Source: Octopus sinensis (Eukaryota). From it: a DNA stretch of 64,000 nt. Below, one piece after another: positions 48,338 through 60,930 of this stretch (positions are counted from its first letter, which is position 1; every line of letters starts with the position of its first letter). The stretch covers positions 67,208,001-67,272,000 of the forward strand of contig NC_042999.1 in NCBI RefSeq assembly GCF_006345805.1, read 5' to 3'. The translations under genes and the position numbers were made by a program. Under the pieces are notes generated by a model. The model was not told the DNA's origin. It searched no databases and saw nothing but the letters and a program-made list of their open reading frames with translations.

Positions 48338-49542
48338 GCATATTACTCTACCTCCGGTATTTGAGTACTCTTTTTTCCACCTTGTTTCACATTTATGTGC
48401 TTACTCCGGTATATATATGTATATATACATACATACACACACACATATGCACACACACACTCACACAAGTGCATGTGCTAAATAGTTTGCTTCCCTTCCA
48501 CATGGTTGTGAGTTCAGTCCCTCTGCAAGGCACCTTGGACAAGTGTATTTGGTAGGCAGAAACTGAAAGCAGCCCTTCATATGTGTATGTATGTGTGTTT
48601 GTGTGTGTGAGTGTATGTATGTTTGTATCTGCTTGTCTTGACATCATGTGAGAGTCGTAAAATGATTGTCACTGTCATACAAGCAGCATCGTTCGCTTCT
48701 AGTATTCTGCATGAACATGTCCCATCATGGGAAGATATTGTCTTACTTGGGATTCGATGAGGGTTGGTGACAAGAAGAGCTGCTGGCTGTAGAAAGTTTG
48801 CTTCAATAATCTCTGCAAAGGGCACCTGTGAAATCGTAATCGTGGCTGTTGCCGGTAGCATGATGTTCAAATGTTGGGCCTCATGGAGGTGCTGACAAGT
48901 GACCGAGACCATGGTGATATGCTGTGCTTGAGGAGACCAGTCAAGCCAAGTGAAACTAGTTGTGGCCATTGCCAGTGTCATGTAAATGGAACCTGTGAAG
49001 TCATAGCTGTGGCTGTTGCTGGTGTTGTGTAAATGGCACCTGTGTCGGTAGCACATAAAAAGCACCCATTACACTCTTGGAGTAGTTGGTATTAGGAAGG
49101 GCAGTTGTTGCTGTTTGGCCAGGGTTGTTTTGATTGCAAAAACTTTATGATGAAGGCCATATAATCATCTTGTCTTTCTTATATCAGAGATATGTGTCCT
49201 CTTCTGAGCTTGTAATTTATGCTGTTTGAATGGATTTTGGCCATTGTTCTTGGTAGTTAGCATGGCTAATCAGTTCTTTTTAAGATAGTGTGTGCACACC
49301 TGCACATGCACACACATTGCTAGAGAAGGAGGGAAAGAGATTACAATGTTATAGATGGTAAGAGAGTACAAATGATTATATATATATGTGTGTATGTGTG
49401 TTAATTATTCATAATTTTTATGTTTGCTTTCCTTGCTGACATGTGTGAGATGAGTTGGCACTCATTCTGAGTCAGCTCTTTACTTTTATCTGTCAAATTT
49501 TAATGATGATAATACTGGGTCAAATATTTTATTCATTTACAG

Positions 49543-49686
49543 AAAGAACATGAGCAACGAAAGAAAGTTGAAGGCAAGAATATCCGTAAGGAGAAGAATG
49601 AAGTTACCGATATGCTGTTCAATGCATTTGAGCAGCACCAGTACTACAATGTCAAAGACTTGGTCCGTATTACCAAACAGCCCATT
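49543..49686 (+). CDS. GTF2F2: GTF2F2 exon (KEHEQRKKVEGK...DMLFNAFEQHQYYNVKDLVRITKQPI)
   Basis: 144 nt, CAG/GTACGT boundaries, start of the winged-helix domain. Confidence 0.97.
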
Positions 49687-51244
49687 GTACGTAACATTTT
49701 AGTCTTCTTCCTTCTGTCATCTGTATTCTTTGCTAGTGTTTCTCTTCCAGCAGCATCTCACTTTCACATACAATATGTAGTCTGGCATGTCTGTAGAGAG
49801 AAATCCTATTGACTTTGTTTTTCTTTTATCCTCTAATGCAGTGTTTTTCAACTATTTTACCCTTACATAACCCTTAAAATATACTACATGTCTCAACGGA
49901 CCCCTGCACAAAAGATATTATATACCATATCTTTCTCATATTTTTTATCTTAGTTCATGTGGAAAATATCATATATATATGTAGGGTGTCCATAAATTAC
50001 AGACATCACTAAATATATCCCCAGTGGTGGTTATATTTTTTTGATAACATAATGGGTTAGAGAGGATGATGTCTATATTACAATAACCAATAATATGTTG
50101 TGAATGTATAATATTATTACGATCATGAAATTAGCATTAGCTTATCTCACTCTTCCTCATGAAACCCCTAGGAAACTTTTGCAGAACCCTAGGATTCTGG
50201 AGATCCCCGGTTAGGAAACACTGCTCTAGTGCAAGACCTTTTTATCTGTTCATTAATACAACTCCCATCTTCAGTTGAGGATTCTCATCTTTCAAGTTAT
50301 TTGAGGACCTTACTGCTGCTGTTGGTGACACTTAAAAAGCACCCAAGTACACTGTAAAGTGATTGGCATCAGGAAAGATGTCGAGTCATAGAAATCGTGC
50401 AGAGGCAGACAGCAAGGATCAGAGCAGTCTTCTGACTTGGCAGTTGCTGTGGGACCATCCAACCCATGCCAGCATGGAAAACAGACATTAAATGATAAGG
50501 ATGAGGGCTTCCTCAAACGAAGAAGAGTGTCATCTATGTCAAGCTGTCCAACCCAATCCAGCATGGAAAATGGATATTAAATGATGGTGATGATGATGAT
50601 GATAGCGATCTAGTTAAGAAACTCATTTAAGAACCATCTGATTTTGAGTTCAGTTCCATTGTGCAGCACTTTTGACAAGTATCTTCTGTTATGGTGTTGT
50701 GCTCACCAAAGCTTTGTGAGTGGATAGAAACAGAAACTGAAGGAAACCTGACACACACACATACATTATATATTGTTATCATCATCATTTAATGTCCATT
50801 GTCCTTGCTGGCATGGGTTGGATGGTTTGACTAGGGCTGGTAAGCTGGAAGGCTGCACCAGACTCCAGTCTGATTTGGCATGGTTTTCTACAGTTGGATG
50901 CCCTTCCTAATGCCAATATGTGTATGTGTCTGCTTTTCTTGACATCACATGATGGTTCAAATCAAGTGTCATTGTCTATAAATGTTGATTTTCATTCCTA
51001 GTCTTCTGCAAAAACCATCTGGGCACGGGGAAATATTACTTTGCTTGGAAACAAGGGAGGGTTGGTGACAGGGAAGGCATCCATCCATGCCATGGAAAAT
51101 CTGCATCAATGAATTGATTCATGCAAGAAGCATGGATAAGTGGACATTAAAACAATGATAATAACCATGATCCTTTTCTCCCTTTGCCATTCTTAATGAT
51201 GTTTATTGATCTAATAGGTTTTTCCCCCTTTTTTTTATCTCCAG

Positions 51245-51355
51245 ATTTACTTGAAGGAAATTCTGAAAGAGATTTGTACATACAACATGAAAGCCCCACA
51301 CAAAAACATGTGGGAACTGAAGCCCGAGTACAGACACTACAAGGAAAAAACTTGA
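51245..51355 (+). CDS. GTF2F2: GTF2F2 last coding exon (IYLKEILKEIC...HKNMWELKPEYRHYKEKT*)
   Basis: CCAG acceptor, YLKEILKEI and WELKPEYRHY signatures, TGA at 51353-51355. Confidence 0.97.
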   Translation: MYLKEILKEICTYNMKAPHKNMWELKPEYRHYKEKT

Positions 51356-52175
51356 GCAGAACACTCACTCATGTAGCTTTAGCTTTCTTTCCTAATACTC
51401 TATTTCACTTTTATTCAGTCCAGCAGTGCTGGTCACTACCATAAACTGCCAAAATTTCCTGTTTTTTTCTCTCTTTTATTGACCATTTTTATATGGTTCC
51501 AACTTAATTGTTTCTTTATTTTTATTGTAAAAAAAAAGACTAAATTAAAAAGATAATCTATTAATATAATTGGCAGTGTGTCATTCATATCTCTCTGTTT
51601 GTCCTTGCCCCTCATCTTCCAAAAGAGATAACTCTGGTGCCATTGGATTTATCTATCTTGATTATTATATACAAACATATATAACAGATAATGTGAGAAG
51701 CAACTTAGCTACTGTTGGTAGTTACAGATGCAACACTTTACTTCTGCAATTTGATAGTTAACATTATTGTTGTTTTTGATATTTGTTGCAATATACAAAT
51801 ATATATATATATAGAGATAGATAGATAGATATAGATATATTTATATATATCACCGTCACCGACCAGGCTATCAGATGTTGCTACACATCGCTGGTCACAA
51901 TGCACTTCGCAGTGTTTTAGCCTTCAAATGACGCCATCCCGCTGGCTAAGCGGGCAGGCCAACAAAAGAAAGAGTGAGAGAAAGTTGTGGCAAAAGAGTA
52001 CAGCAAGGATCGCCACCACCCCCTGCCGGAGCCTCGTGGGGTTTTAGATGTTTTTGCTCAATAAACACTCACAATGCCCAGTCTGGGAATCAAAACCGCG
52101 ATCCTACGACTACGAGTCCACTGCCCTAACCACTGGGCCATTGTGCCTACACACACACATATATATATATTTATA

Positions 52176-52497
52176 GGTGCAGGAGTGTGTGTGTGGTGAG
52201 TAGCTTGCTTACTAACCACGTTGCTCTGGGTTCACTCCCAATACATGGCACCTTGGGTAATTATCTTCTATAGCCTTGGGTTGACCAAAACCTTGTGAGG
52301 GGATTTGGTAGACAGGAACTGAAAGAAGCCCGTCGTGTATATATATATTATAAATAAGAGTGGTGTCTGTTTGACACCCCACCATCACTTGACTACCAAT
52401 GCTGGTGTGGTTACGTCCCCATAACTTAGCGGTTTGGCAAAAGATACTGATAGAATAAGTACTAGGCTTACAAAGAATAAGTCCTGAGGTCGATATA
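52176..52497 (+). mobile_element. tRNA-headed SINE (family A)
   Basis: Head to core match; tail replaced by an RTE 3' end. Confidence 0.8.
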
Positions 52498-52509
52498 CAC
52501 ACACACACA

Positions 52510-53130
52510 CCTGTGTCGGTGGCACATAAAAACACCATCCGAGCGTGGCCGTTCGCCAGCCTCGTCTGGCACCTGTGTCGGTGGCACATAAAAAACACCA
52601 TCCGAGCGTGGCTGTTCGCCAGCCTCGTCTGGCACCTGTGTCGGTGGCACATAAAAAACACCATCCGAGCGTGGCCGTTCGCCAGCCTCGTCTGGCACCT
52701 GTGTCGGTGGCACATAAAATCACCCACTACACTCTCGGAGTGGTTGGCGTTAGGAAGGGCATCCAGCTGTAGAAACACTGCCAGATCTGACTGGCCTGGT
52801 GCAGCCTTCGGGCTCCCCAGACCCCAGTTGAACCGTCCAACCCATGCTAGCATGGAAAGCGGACGTTAAATGATGATGAATGAATGATGATATGTATATA
52901 TATACATACACACATATATTGTGCTGCCTTGAGACTGGCTTCCATGCCGGTGGCATGTAAAAAGCACACACTACACTCACGGAGTGGTGGCGTTAGGAAG
53001 GGCATCCAGCTGTAGAAACACTGCCAGATCAGACTGGAGCCTGGTGCAACCTCCTGGCTTCCCAGACCCCAGTCGAACCATCCAACCCATGCTAGTATGG
53101 AAAACGGACGTTAAACGATGATGATGATGA
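52510..53130 (+). mobile_element. Two tandem RTE 3' ends, the first with a 62-63-bp module x4
   Basis: GGCAC at 52521, 52583, 52646 and 52709; GAT tails near 52880 and 53125. Confidence 0.8.
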
Positions 53131-53679
53131 TATATACGACGGGCTTCTTTCAGTTTCCGTCTACCAAATCCACTCACAAGCCCGAGGCTGTAGTAGAAGA
53201 CACTGAACCCGGAACCATGTGGTTGGTAAGCAAGCTACTTACCACACAGCCACTCCTACGCCTATTCCTCTCAATAAAAGTTTGAAAAGAAATGAATGAA
53301 AATGATGTACATATTTTGTTAATTTAGCTACAAGCTGTGAAGCCTGCTTACAGTTCAGTGGAGTGTGACTTTGAGATTTAAGGGACTTGGCTGAAGATAT
53401 GTCGTACCGTTGGTAACGGGATGCAAAATTGATGGTTGTAAAGCGATTTCTGGATACAGCCGTCTGCACAGTGTCAAATACATAATAGTAAGGAGATAGG
53501 CAAGGCATTCCAGCTGTTATCATCTTGCCTTCGTTTTCAGATAGTATATATATATATATATACATATATTTAACAATTAAGGATAACTTCTTAATAAGGA
53601 ATCTTAACAAGAAATTATCAGGTAGTTAGCGTGAAAAACCTCATAAGAGAAAAAAATTTGAAAATATTAATTTATAGTG

Positions 53680-53872
53680 TATAGAGGGCATTATTACACA
53701 TAAATGCCTCACATTAAGAGGGACATAAGTCATTACTACCAAAATTTCACTAATCATACCTTATGCAGTTTTCGAACAAGACATTTAAAAATGTACGATT
53801 AGTGAAATTTTGGTAGTAATGACTTATGTCCCTCTTAGTGTGAGGCATTTATGTGTAATAATGCCCTCTATA
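53680..53872. repeat. Foldback repeat (arms of about 80 bp)
   Basis: TATAGAGGGCATTATTACAC...CACTAATC inverted around an asymmetric 35-bp centre. Confidence 0.85.
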
Positions 53873-53899
53873 TTTATATAAATTATATATATATATTCA

Positions 53900-56402
53900 G
53901 GGCTATTAGACAAAAGAGACAGGCTTGGAAGGACTGGAAGAACGGTGGTAGCAGGGAATTGTATCAGACAGCCAGAAGGGAAGCTAGGAGACAGGTTTAT
54001 TTAGCCAGAGGGGAAGCGGATAAGAAAAAATTTGCCAATGTTCTGAGCCGTGAGGATGAAAGACTTGAGGTATTTCGTGTTGCAAGACAGTGTGTGAGAG
54101 AGAATCGTGATGTGGTAGGAGAGAAGTGTGTTCGCATGGATGATGGTTCACTTGCGCTAAATGAGGATGCAAAGAGAGAGTTTTGGAGATGCCACTATGA
54201 AAGGTTGCTGAATAAAGAAAATGAATGGGATAAAGAGAGTCTGCTGAATGTCAACCCAACAGAGGGACCAGCCATCCGAGTTGAAAATTCTTTGGTAGTT
54301 AAAGCAATTAGAAGCATGAAGACAGGGAAAGCCCCAGGCCCATCAGGAATTACTGCAGAGATGCTCGAAATATCTGGCAGTGTCGGCTATAACCTAGTCA
54401 CCCGTATAGTCAACCAGGTGATACACGAGGGAGTCATACCCAATGACTGGTGTAGCAGTCAACTGCTACAAAGGTAAAGGCGATGCCCTAGATACAAATA
54501 ATTACAGAGGTATCAAGCTGTTGGATCAGGTAATGAAGGTTACGGAGAGGGTCATAGCCCAACTAATTGGAGAGAGAGTTAGTTTAGATGAGATGCAGTT
54601 TGGGTTCGTGCCAGGGAAAAGTACCACTGATGCTATATTCCTGGTAAGGCAGCTGCAGGAGAAATACCTGGCCAAAGATAAGCCCCTGTACCTGGCTTTC
54701 GTTGACATGGAGAAAGCCTTTGATAGGGTCCCCCGATCCCTTATCTGGTGGTCAATGAGGAAACTAGGGATAGATGAATGGCTGGTGAGGGCTGTGCAAG
54801 CCATGTACAGAGATGCCGTAAGTAAGGTTAGGGTTGGCAAGATGTACACAGAAGAATTCAAAGTAGAGGTTGGGGTCTACCAGGGTTCAGTACTCAGCCC
54901 CCTCCTATTTATCATAGTCCTCCAGGCAATTACGGAGGAATTCAAGACAGGTTGCCCCTGGGAGCTCCTCTATGCTGACGACCTTGCTCTAATTGCTGAG
55001 TCACTATCAGAACTGGAGGAGAAGTTCCAGATGTGGAAGGAGGGTCTAGAATCGAGGGGCCTTAGAGTCAATCTAGCTAAAACCAAAGTCGTAATAAGTA
55101 GGAAGGTAGACAATCCACAAATGTCTTCAGGAAGATGGCCCTGCTCGATCTGTAGATAAGGTGTAGGTAGAAACTCTATAAGATGTACCCTGTGTAAGCT
55201 ATGGACACATAAGAGGTGCAGCAATGTCAAAGGTAGGCTAACTGGGAAGATAGTTTTTGTATGTGGCAGATGCTCGGGAGCATTAACCTCCGAAAATCTG
55301 CAGAAAACAACTTTCCGTCACTTTCCAGGGGGAAAAACTAGAAGTAGTTGATAGCTTCCGTTATCTAGGTGACCAATTCAGTAGTTTGGGTGGGTGCGCT
55401 GAAAGTGTAACTGCTAGAATAAGAATAGCCTGGGCAAAGTTTAGGGAGCTCTTACCTCTGCTGGTGACTAAAGGCCTCTCGCTCGGAGTAAAAGGCAGAC
55501 TGTATGATGCATGTGTACGAACAGCCATGCTACATGGGCCGTGATTGCTGAGGACATGCGTAAGCTTGTGAGGAATGAAGCCAGTATGCTCCGATGGATG
55601 TGTAATGTCAGTGTACATACTCGACAGAGCGTTAGTACCTTGAGAGAAATGTACCTAAGAAGCATCAATTGTGGTGTGCAAGAGAGACGATTGCGCTGGT
55701 ATGGTCATGTGGCAAGAATGGATGAAGATAGGTGTGTGAAAAAGTGCCAATCCCTAGCAGTGGAGGGAACCCGTGGAAGAGGTAGACCCAGGAAAACTTG
55801 GGACGAAGTGGTGAAGCACAACCTTCGAACTTTAGGTCTCACTGAGGAAATGACCAGCGACCGAGACCTTTGGAAATATGCTGTACGTGAGAAGACCAGG
55901 CAGGACAAGTGAGTCCAGCCCACTTATGCATGCCTTTCCTCCCTTGGACACAAAGACCTGTTGAGGCAAGCGAAGTCGATATAGAACCTCATCCGACGAC
56001 AGGCACCCATGCCAACCCCCTTTGCTTGCGAAGACATGTTGGGGCAAGCGAAATCGAAATCGAATTGAACCAGCCAGGATCCCTGGTCTGGTGGTACGTA
56101 AAAAGCACTATCCGACACGTGGCCTATGCCAGCGCCGCCTCCACTGGCTTCCGTGCCGGTGGCACGTAAAATACACCAACCCGACCGTGGCCGTTGTCAA
56201 CCTCGCCTGGCACCTGTGCAGGTGGCACGTAAAAAGCACCCACTACACTCACGGAGTGGTTGGCGTTAGGAAGGGCATCCAGCTGTAGAAACATTGCCAG
56301 ATAAGACTGGAGCCTGGTGCAGCCTTCTGGCTTCCCAGATCCCCGGTCGAACCGTCCAACCCATGCTAGCATGGGGAACGGACGTTAAACGATGATGATG
56401 AT
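53900..56402 (+). mobile_element. Second RTE-clade LINE of the same family, 5'-truncated and frameshifted
   Basis: ORF pieces 53851..54477, 54443..55159 and 55511..55912 match the 17683..19659 protein. Same 3'UTR and GAT tail. Confidence 0.95.
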
Positions 56403-56563
56403 ATATATATAATATATATATAATATTATATATATATATATATATATTTCTTGTCATAAGTGAGTTACTTTTTACTGATGCTTATCATAAGGAATTTTCT
56501 GAGAGCCTTCCGTGCCACGAATGAAAATATAATACTATTAAAATGTTCTTCACCACCCGTAGT

Positions 56564-56584
56564 GACGAGGTGGCCTCCTCGTCG
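56564..56584 (+). pseudogene. Internally deleted tRNA-Ser remnant (acceptor-stem minihelix)
   Basis: GACGAGG-TGGCCT-CCTCGTC-G is the first 12 nt plus the last 9 nt of the tRNA. The array's upstream flank and a T-rich terminator are retained. Confidence 0.75.
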
Positions 56585-56711
56585 GTTTGCTTTTAATTTT
56601 TACTCAATATTTCGGTCAAGTAACATTTATCGGAGGAATCTCTTTATATACCTTTGAAATTATTTGACGGAAAAGGGACGTTTGACAATAACGCCATATA
56701 TATATATATAT

Positions 56712-56780
56712 ATTCGAACTCACGCGGGAACATCCCAATGGATTAGCAGTCCATCGCCTTAACCACTCGGCCACCTCGTC
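56712..56780 (-). pseudogene. 3'-truncated tRNA-Ser(GCT) copy
   Basis: Intact 5' part to the T loop, then runs into a (TA)n tract; the 3' acceptor strand is missing. Confidence 0.85.
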
Positions 56781-57376
56781 ACTACTGGTGGTGAAGAATA
56801 TTTTAATAGTATTATATTTTCATTCGTGGCACGGAAGGCTCTCAGAAAATTCCTTATGATAAGCATCAGTAAGAAAGTAACTCACTTATGACAAAGAATT
56901 GCCAAGAGAAACCAGCTTCCTATTTCTTAATAGTTAATGGAATCGAGAATTATTTCAAGAAAAGACTATCTAATAGATTACGAGTTTTTATCAAAGATAG
57001 GTAAATAGGTGCAGGAATGGTTGTGTGGTAAGAAGCTTGCTTCTCAACCACACAGTTCCAGGTTCAGTGAGTGGATTTGGTAGACGGAAACTGAAAGAAG
57101 CCCGTCGTATATATATGTGTGTGTCTGTGTCCTTCCATCGCTTTGACAACCGATGTTGGTGTGCTTGCGTCTCCGTAACTTAGCGGCTCGGTAAAAGAGA
57201 TCGTCCTTTGTACAGTGTACTTTATTGTAATGGTGCACTCCTGTGGACGGTTTAATTTGAATTAGCCTGCAGTTAAAAGCCGTTTCAAGTTGATAAGCAT
57301 AAAATGTATAATTACCATTTTCGTTAGTAGTTTATTTATTATATGGTTTCGTTTTTGGATTTGGTTTGCAAGATTC

Positions 57377-57592
57377 TTATAATGTAACACACTCACCGGT
57401 AAAATTTCCACTTTTTTCTTATTTTTATTGTCCTAAAATTTTCGTTGCATCTTGCAACCTTTCAATAGTTTTCGAAAAGGTTGCAAGACGCAACGAAAAT
57501 TTTAGGACAATAAAAATAAAGATAAGTGGAAATTTTACCGGTGAGTGTGTTATATTATATGGCGCAAAAAGAAAATGACTCTCCCCAGACAC
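57377..57592. repeat. Near-perfect palindrome of the 11720-11905 family
   Basis: Arms of about 90 bp centred on TTTTCGAAAA (57469-57478). Confidence 0.85.
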
Positions 57593-58073
57593 GATAGAAT
57601 TTATTATATGGTATTAAGCAACTTAGGAAATGAATAACATTTTTTGAATACAAATTTGGCGGGTGGTAATAAATGAAAGTCCATGAAATGAGATCGCAAT
57701 TGCAGTAGGCATTGGGGATCCTATATCTCTATAGCTTACTTGAAGCATCATGTAGTTATTTTTCTCGTAATGCCTGACACAACCGCATTGAAGCTTCTTT
57801 TTTTTTTTTTTTTTTTCTATGAAAGTCATGTATGATAAAGAAAAGCAAACGTTTATAGCAAACTCGCAAATAGAATAATGCTATGTATAAAAATATATGC
57901 CAGGGCATGCTTATGAGTGAACACCATGCGTGAAGTAAGAAGGGTCATTGAAGGTAATGTACTGTTAACAGCAATCATGGAAATGAAGCAAAATATCAAT
58001 GAAATGCTTGCAGGAAGTCTGATTACTAACGGCTACAGTTTGGTGTAGATGTGAAGATTGCAGTAGAGGAGTA

Positions 58074-58530
58074 ACTACTCTAGGGCTGTTTTGTAGACGA
58101 CAGTTTTAGTTTTTCCTTCAGGAGTATAGATGAATAAGCTGTCCAGATGGACAACTCTGGAACAACTGACGTAGAACTGTCCATCTGAAAAGCACGACGT
58201 TCAAAAGTCCAATCCGACAACGTTCAACGACAGACCTTGTGCTTTGTTAATTGTCATGGGGAAGCTGAGTTTGAGAAGGAACTGATGTCTCTGCATAGGG
58301 TGGGGTTAGCAGAATTTTCGGAATGAAAACGATATCGTTTTTGCCTTGTCCCGTGATAATTTGGGATTCAATGACGTGGTCCATCATTTGTTTGACCACA
58401 AGGCAATTCTATTGCCTAGTTTTGGTGCATTTAGATTGCGTAGGAGGATGATAGGGCAACCGATTTTAAGCGAAGTTCATGGGGAGGGAGTCCTAGAGGA
58501 TCTTGGGAGTTGAGAAATTCTGTTGGAAAA
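58074..58530 (-). mobile_element. Degenerate Helitron helicase C-terminal fragment
   Basis: Frameshifted translation: GLPPHELRLKIGCPIILLRNLN and FPMTINKAQGLSL...CFSDGQFYVSCSRV...KTKTVVY. Confidence 0.85.
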
Positions 58531-59196
58531 TGTGTTGGAACAATGTTAAATAAAGATTCTGCTGACAGTAAACTGGCCATATTGTTTTAAACCAGATAAT
58601 CTGTCATGGAAAGGTGATATAGAATCAGCATTATGTTCTTGCGGAGAATATCCAGAAACAATGGTGGTATTTATTCCAATATAAGAACTATCACTCTGAA
58701 TGGGAGAGTGATGTGGGAGTGAAAGAGCTAGCGAACATTGGGCCAAGTTTTCATTCAACGATAGGTAAGTTTTATCTCGTAGTTTCAACCTATCAAATAT
58801 ATTTCCCTCCCAAGGCTTTGGTCGACTTGAAATTACGGTAGATGTTTGACTAATGAATATGTCACGAAGTAGGAGTAATCCTGAAGCCGTTTACTTACAA
58901 AGTGCTCTTAGCCACTTAGCTTCTAGAGATGTTCAAGCTTAAACTAAACAACACTGACCACTAGTCCGGCCACACTAGATATAAAAAGCGTAGACTTCAA
59001 CATCATTGTAGGAACATTTTCCCATATTTGTAAGAGCTGGAAATGTTTCACGGTTTCTCGCCACCATTCAAGTACTTCGTTATTTGCCTCATGCACCAAG
59101 AGGGAACGCAATCGACTTTCGACAATGATTTTGCGGTTGGATATCAAAAAGGATCGACCAAATCTAAATATTGGTTTAAAAATTTAATAAAAGAAC

Positions 59197-59278
59197 CGAC
59201 GAGGATGAGATTCGAACTCACGCGGGAACATCCCAATGGATTAGCAGTCCATCGCCTTAACCACTCGGCCACCTCGTC
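59197..59278 (-). tRNA. tRNA-Ser(GCT), intact
   Basis: 82 nt GACGAGGTGGCCGAGTGGTTAAGGCGATGGACTGCTAATCCATT...GTTCGAATCTCATCCTCGTCG. All stems pair, long variable arm, downstream T4 terminator. Confidence 0.93.
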
Positions 59279-60054
59279 GCTACAAATACTGGCCAATATT
59301 TTAACAATTTACTGTTTCATTCGTGGTAAGCGAAATGAGGAGTTCCAAAATTAAAAATATGTAACAATTATCTGGTTTACGAAAAGAAACAAAAGACAAA
59401 GATAATTTACCAAATTTATCACAAACTAAATTAATTAACAAAACTGAACGCCGTGAACAGCGACAGTATGAAGAAGCACCAACAAATGAGCTATCAAACT
59501 TTAATCTTCCATTGTCTCAACCAGATTTATCAACATAAGAAATACATCGGTTCCTGAACAATGTTAAACAAAAATTCTACTGGAAATAATCTACCCATAA
59601 TGTCTTAAAGCTTATCATCTGTCACGAACGGGTCATATAGAATCGGGGTTATTTTCATGTGGAGAGTATCCGAAAACACAATGACTCTTATTTATTCCAA
59701 TGTAAAAAAACACTATCACTCTGAACGAGATAGAGCGGGAGTGATATATATATATATACATATATATACATACATATTCAGAGAAAGTGGGCGAGAGAGG
59801 ATATTGGGTAAAATCTTCATTCAAGGGTTTGGTTGAATTAAAATTATAGTAGAAAACGATTGGCCAATAAATATGTCATGAGATAGGAGCCATGTAGTTA
59901 CAAAGTGAACTTATCAACAAGAGATGTTCAAGATTAAGTTAAACGGTACTAAATGACCAGCAGTATCGGACAGCCTGCAGAAATCATGGCTGACGCAATG
60001 AATCAATCAAGACAGATCAGACCTAAACATTGATTTATAAATTAAAAAGCAGAC

Positions 60055-60136
60055 CGACGAGGATGAGATTCGAACTCACGCGGGAATATCCCAATGGATT
60101 AGCAGTCCATCGCCTTAACCACTCGGCCACCTCGTC
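60055..60136 (-). tRNA. tRNA-Ser(GCT), intact
   Basis: Same cloverleaf (variable arm GGGATATTCCC), T5 terminator downstream. Confidence 0.93.
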
Positions 60137-60838
60137 ATGACATTGGTCGAGCAAAATTTAAACAACTTACTGTTTCATGCGTGGAACAGAAGCCTCAAAA
60201 CGTTCGTTATGGTAAGCGTCGGCAAAAAGAGCAATACACTAATAATAAACGAAGAGTTGCCATGAGAAACTAGCTTCTTATTGATCGACCGAGGGAGGGA
60301 GAGACAGAGAAGGAGAGAGAGGTGATTGGGTAAAGACTCCATTCCAGAACAGGTAGTCTTCATCTCACGAGTATGGCCGTAGTTTCAACTTATCAGATAA
60401 CCTATCACAACGTGTTAATCGATTTGAAATTGAGGAAACAACCGTTTAGGAAATCAATATATCATAAGTAAGTATCATGAAGTAAGTATGAACCAAAAGC
60501 CATTTAGTAACAAAGAGAACTTAACCTTTAACTACACAAGATGTTCATGCTGAAGCTAGACACATGACCACCACTATGAGACAGCCTGCAGGGATCACCT
60601 GTGGTGCGTCCCGTCATACTAAGAATAATATAGAAGTATTCATCATCGCTAAAAATGTAGGAACATTTTTATTTATTTGCAAGAATTGGAAATGTTTCAC
60701 AGTTTCTCACCACCATTCATGGCCTTCGCTATTTGCCACAAGGAATGCAATCAATTTTTTGAGAACGATTTTACAGCTGAGTATCAATAACGACAGAACG
60801 AACCTAAATATTGATTTTAAAAAAATTTTAAAGCAGCA

Positions 60839-60920
60839 TTCCGAAGGTGAGATTCGAACTCACGTTGGGATATCACAATGGATTAGCAGTCTATCGTCTT
60901 AACTACCCGGCCACCTCATC
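60839..60920 (-). pseudogene. Degenerate tRNA-Ser(GCT) copy
   Basis: Recognisable body with multiple substitutions that break the acceptor stem and D arm. Confidence 0.8.
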
Positions 60921-60930
60921 TCTACAATTA

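Noticed and set aside
24400-51244. Nested gene in GTF2F2 introns (human GTF2F2 hosts KCTD4)
   Set aside because: No BTB-like or other long non-repeat ORF is visible; the listed ORFs map to SINE, RTE-tail or microsatellite sequence.
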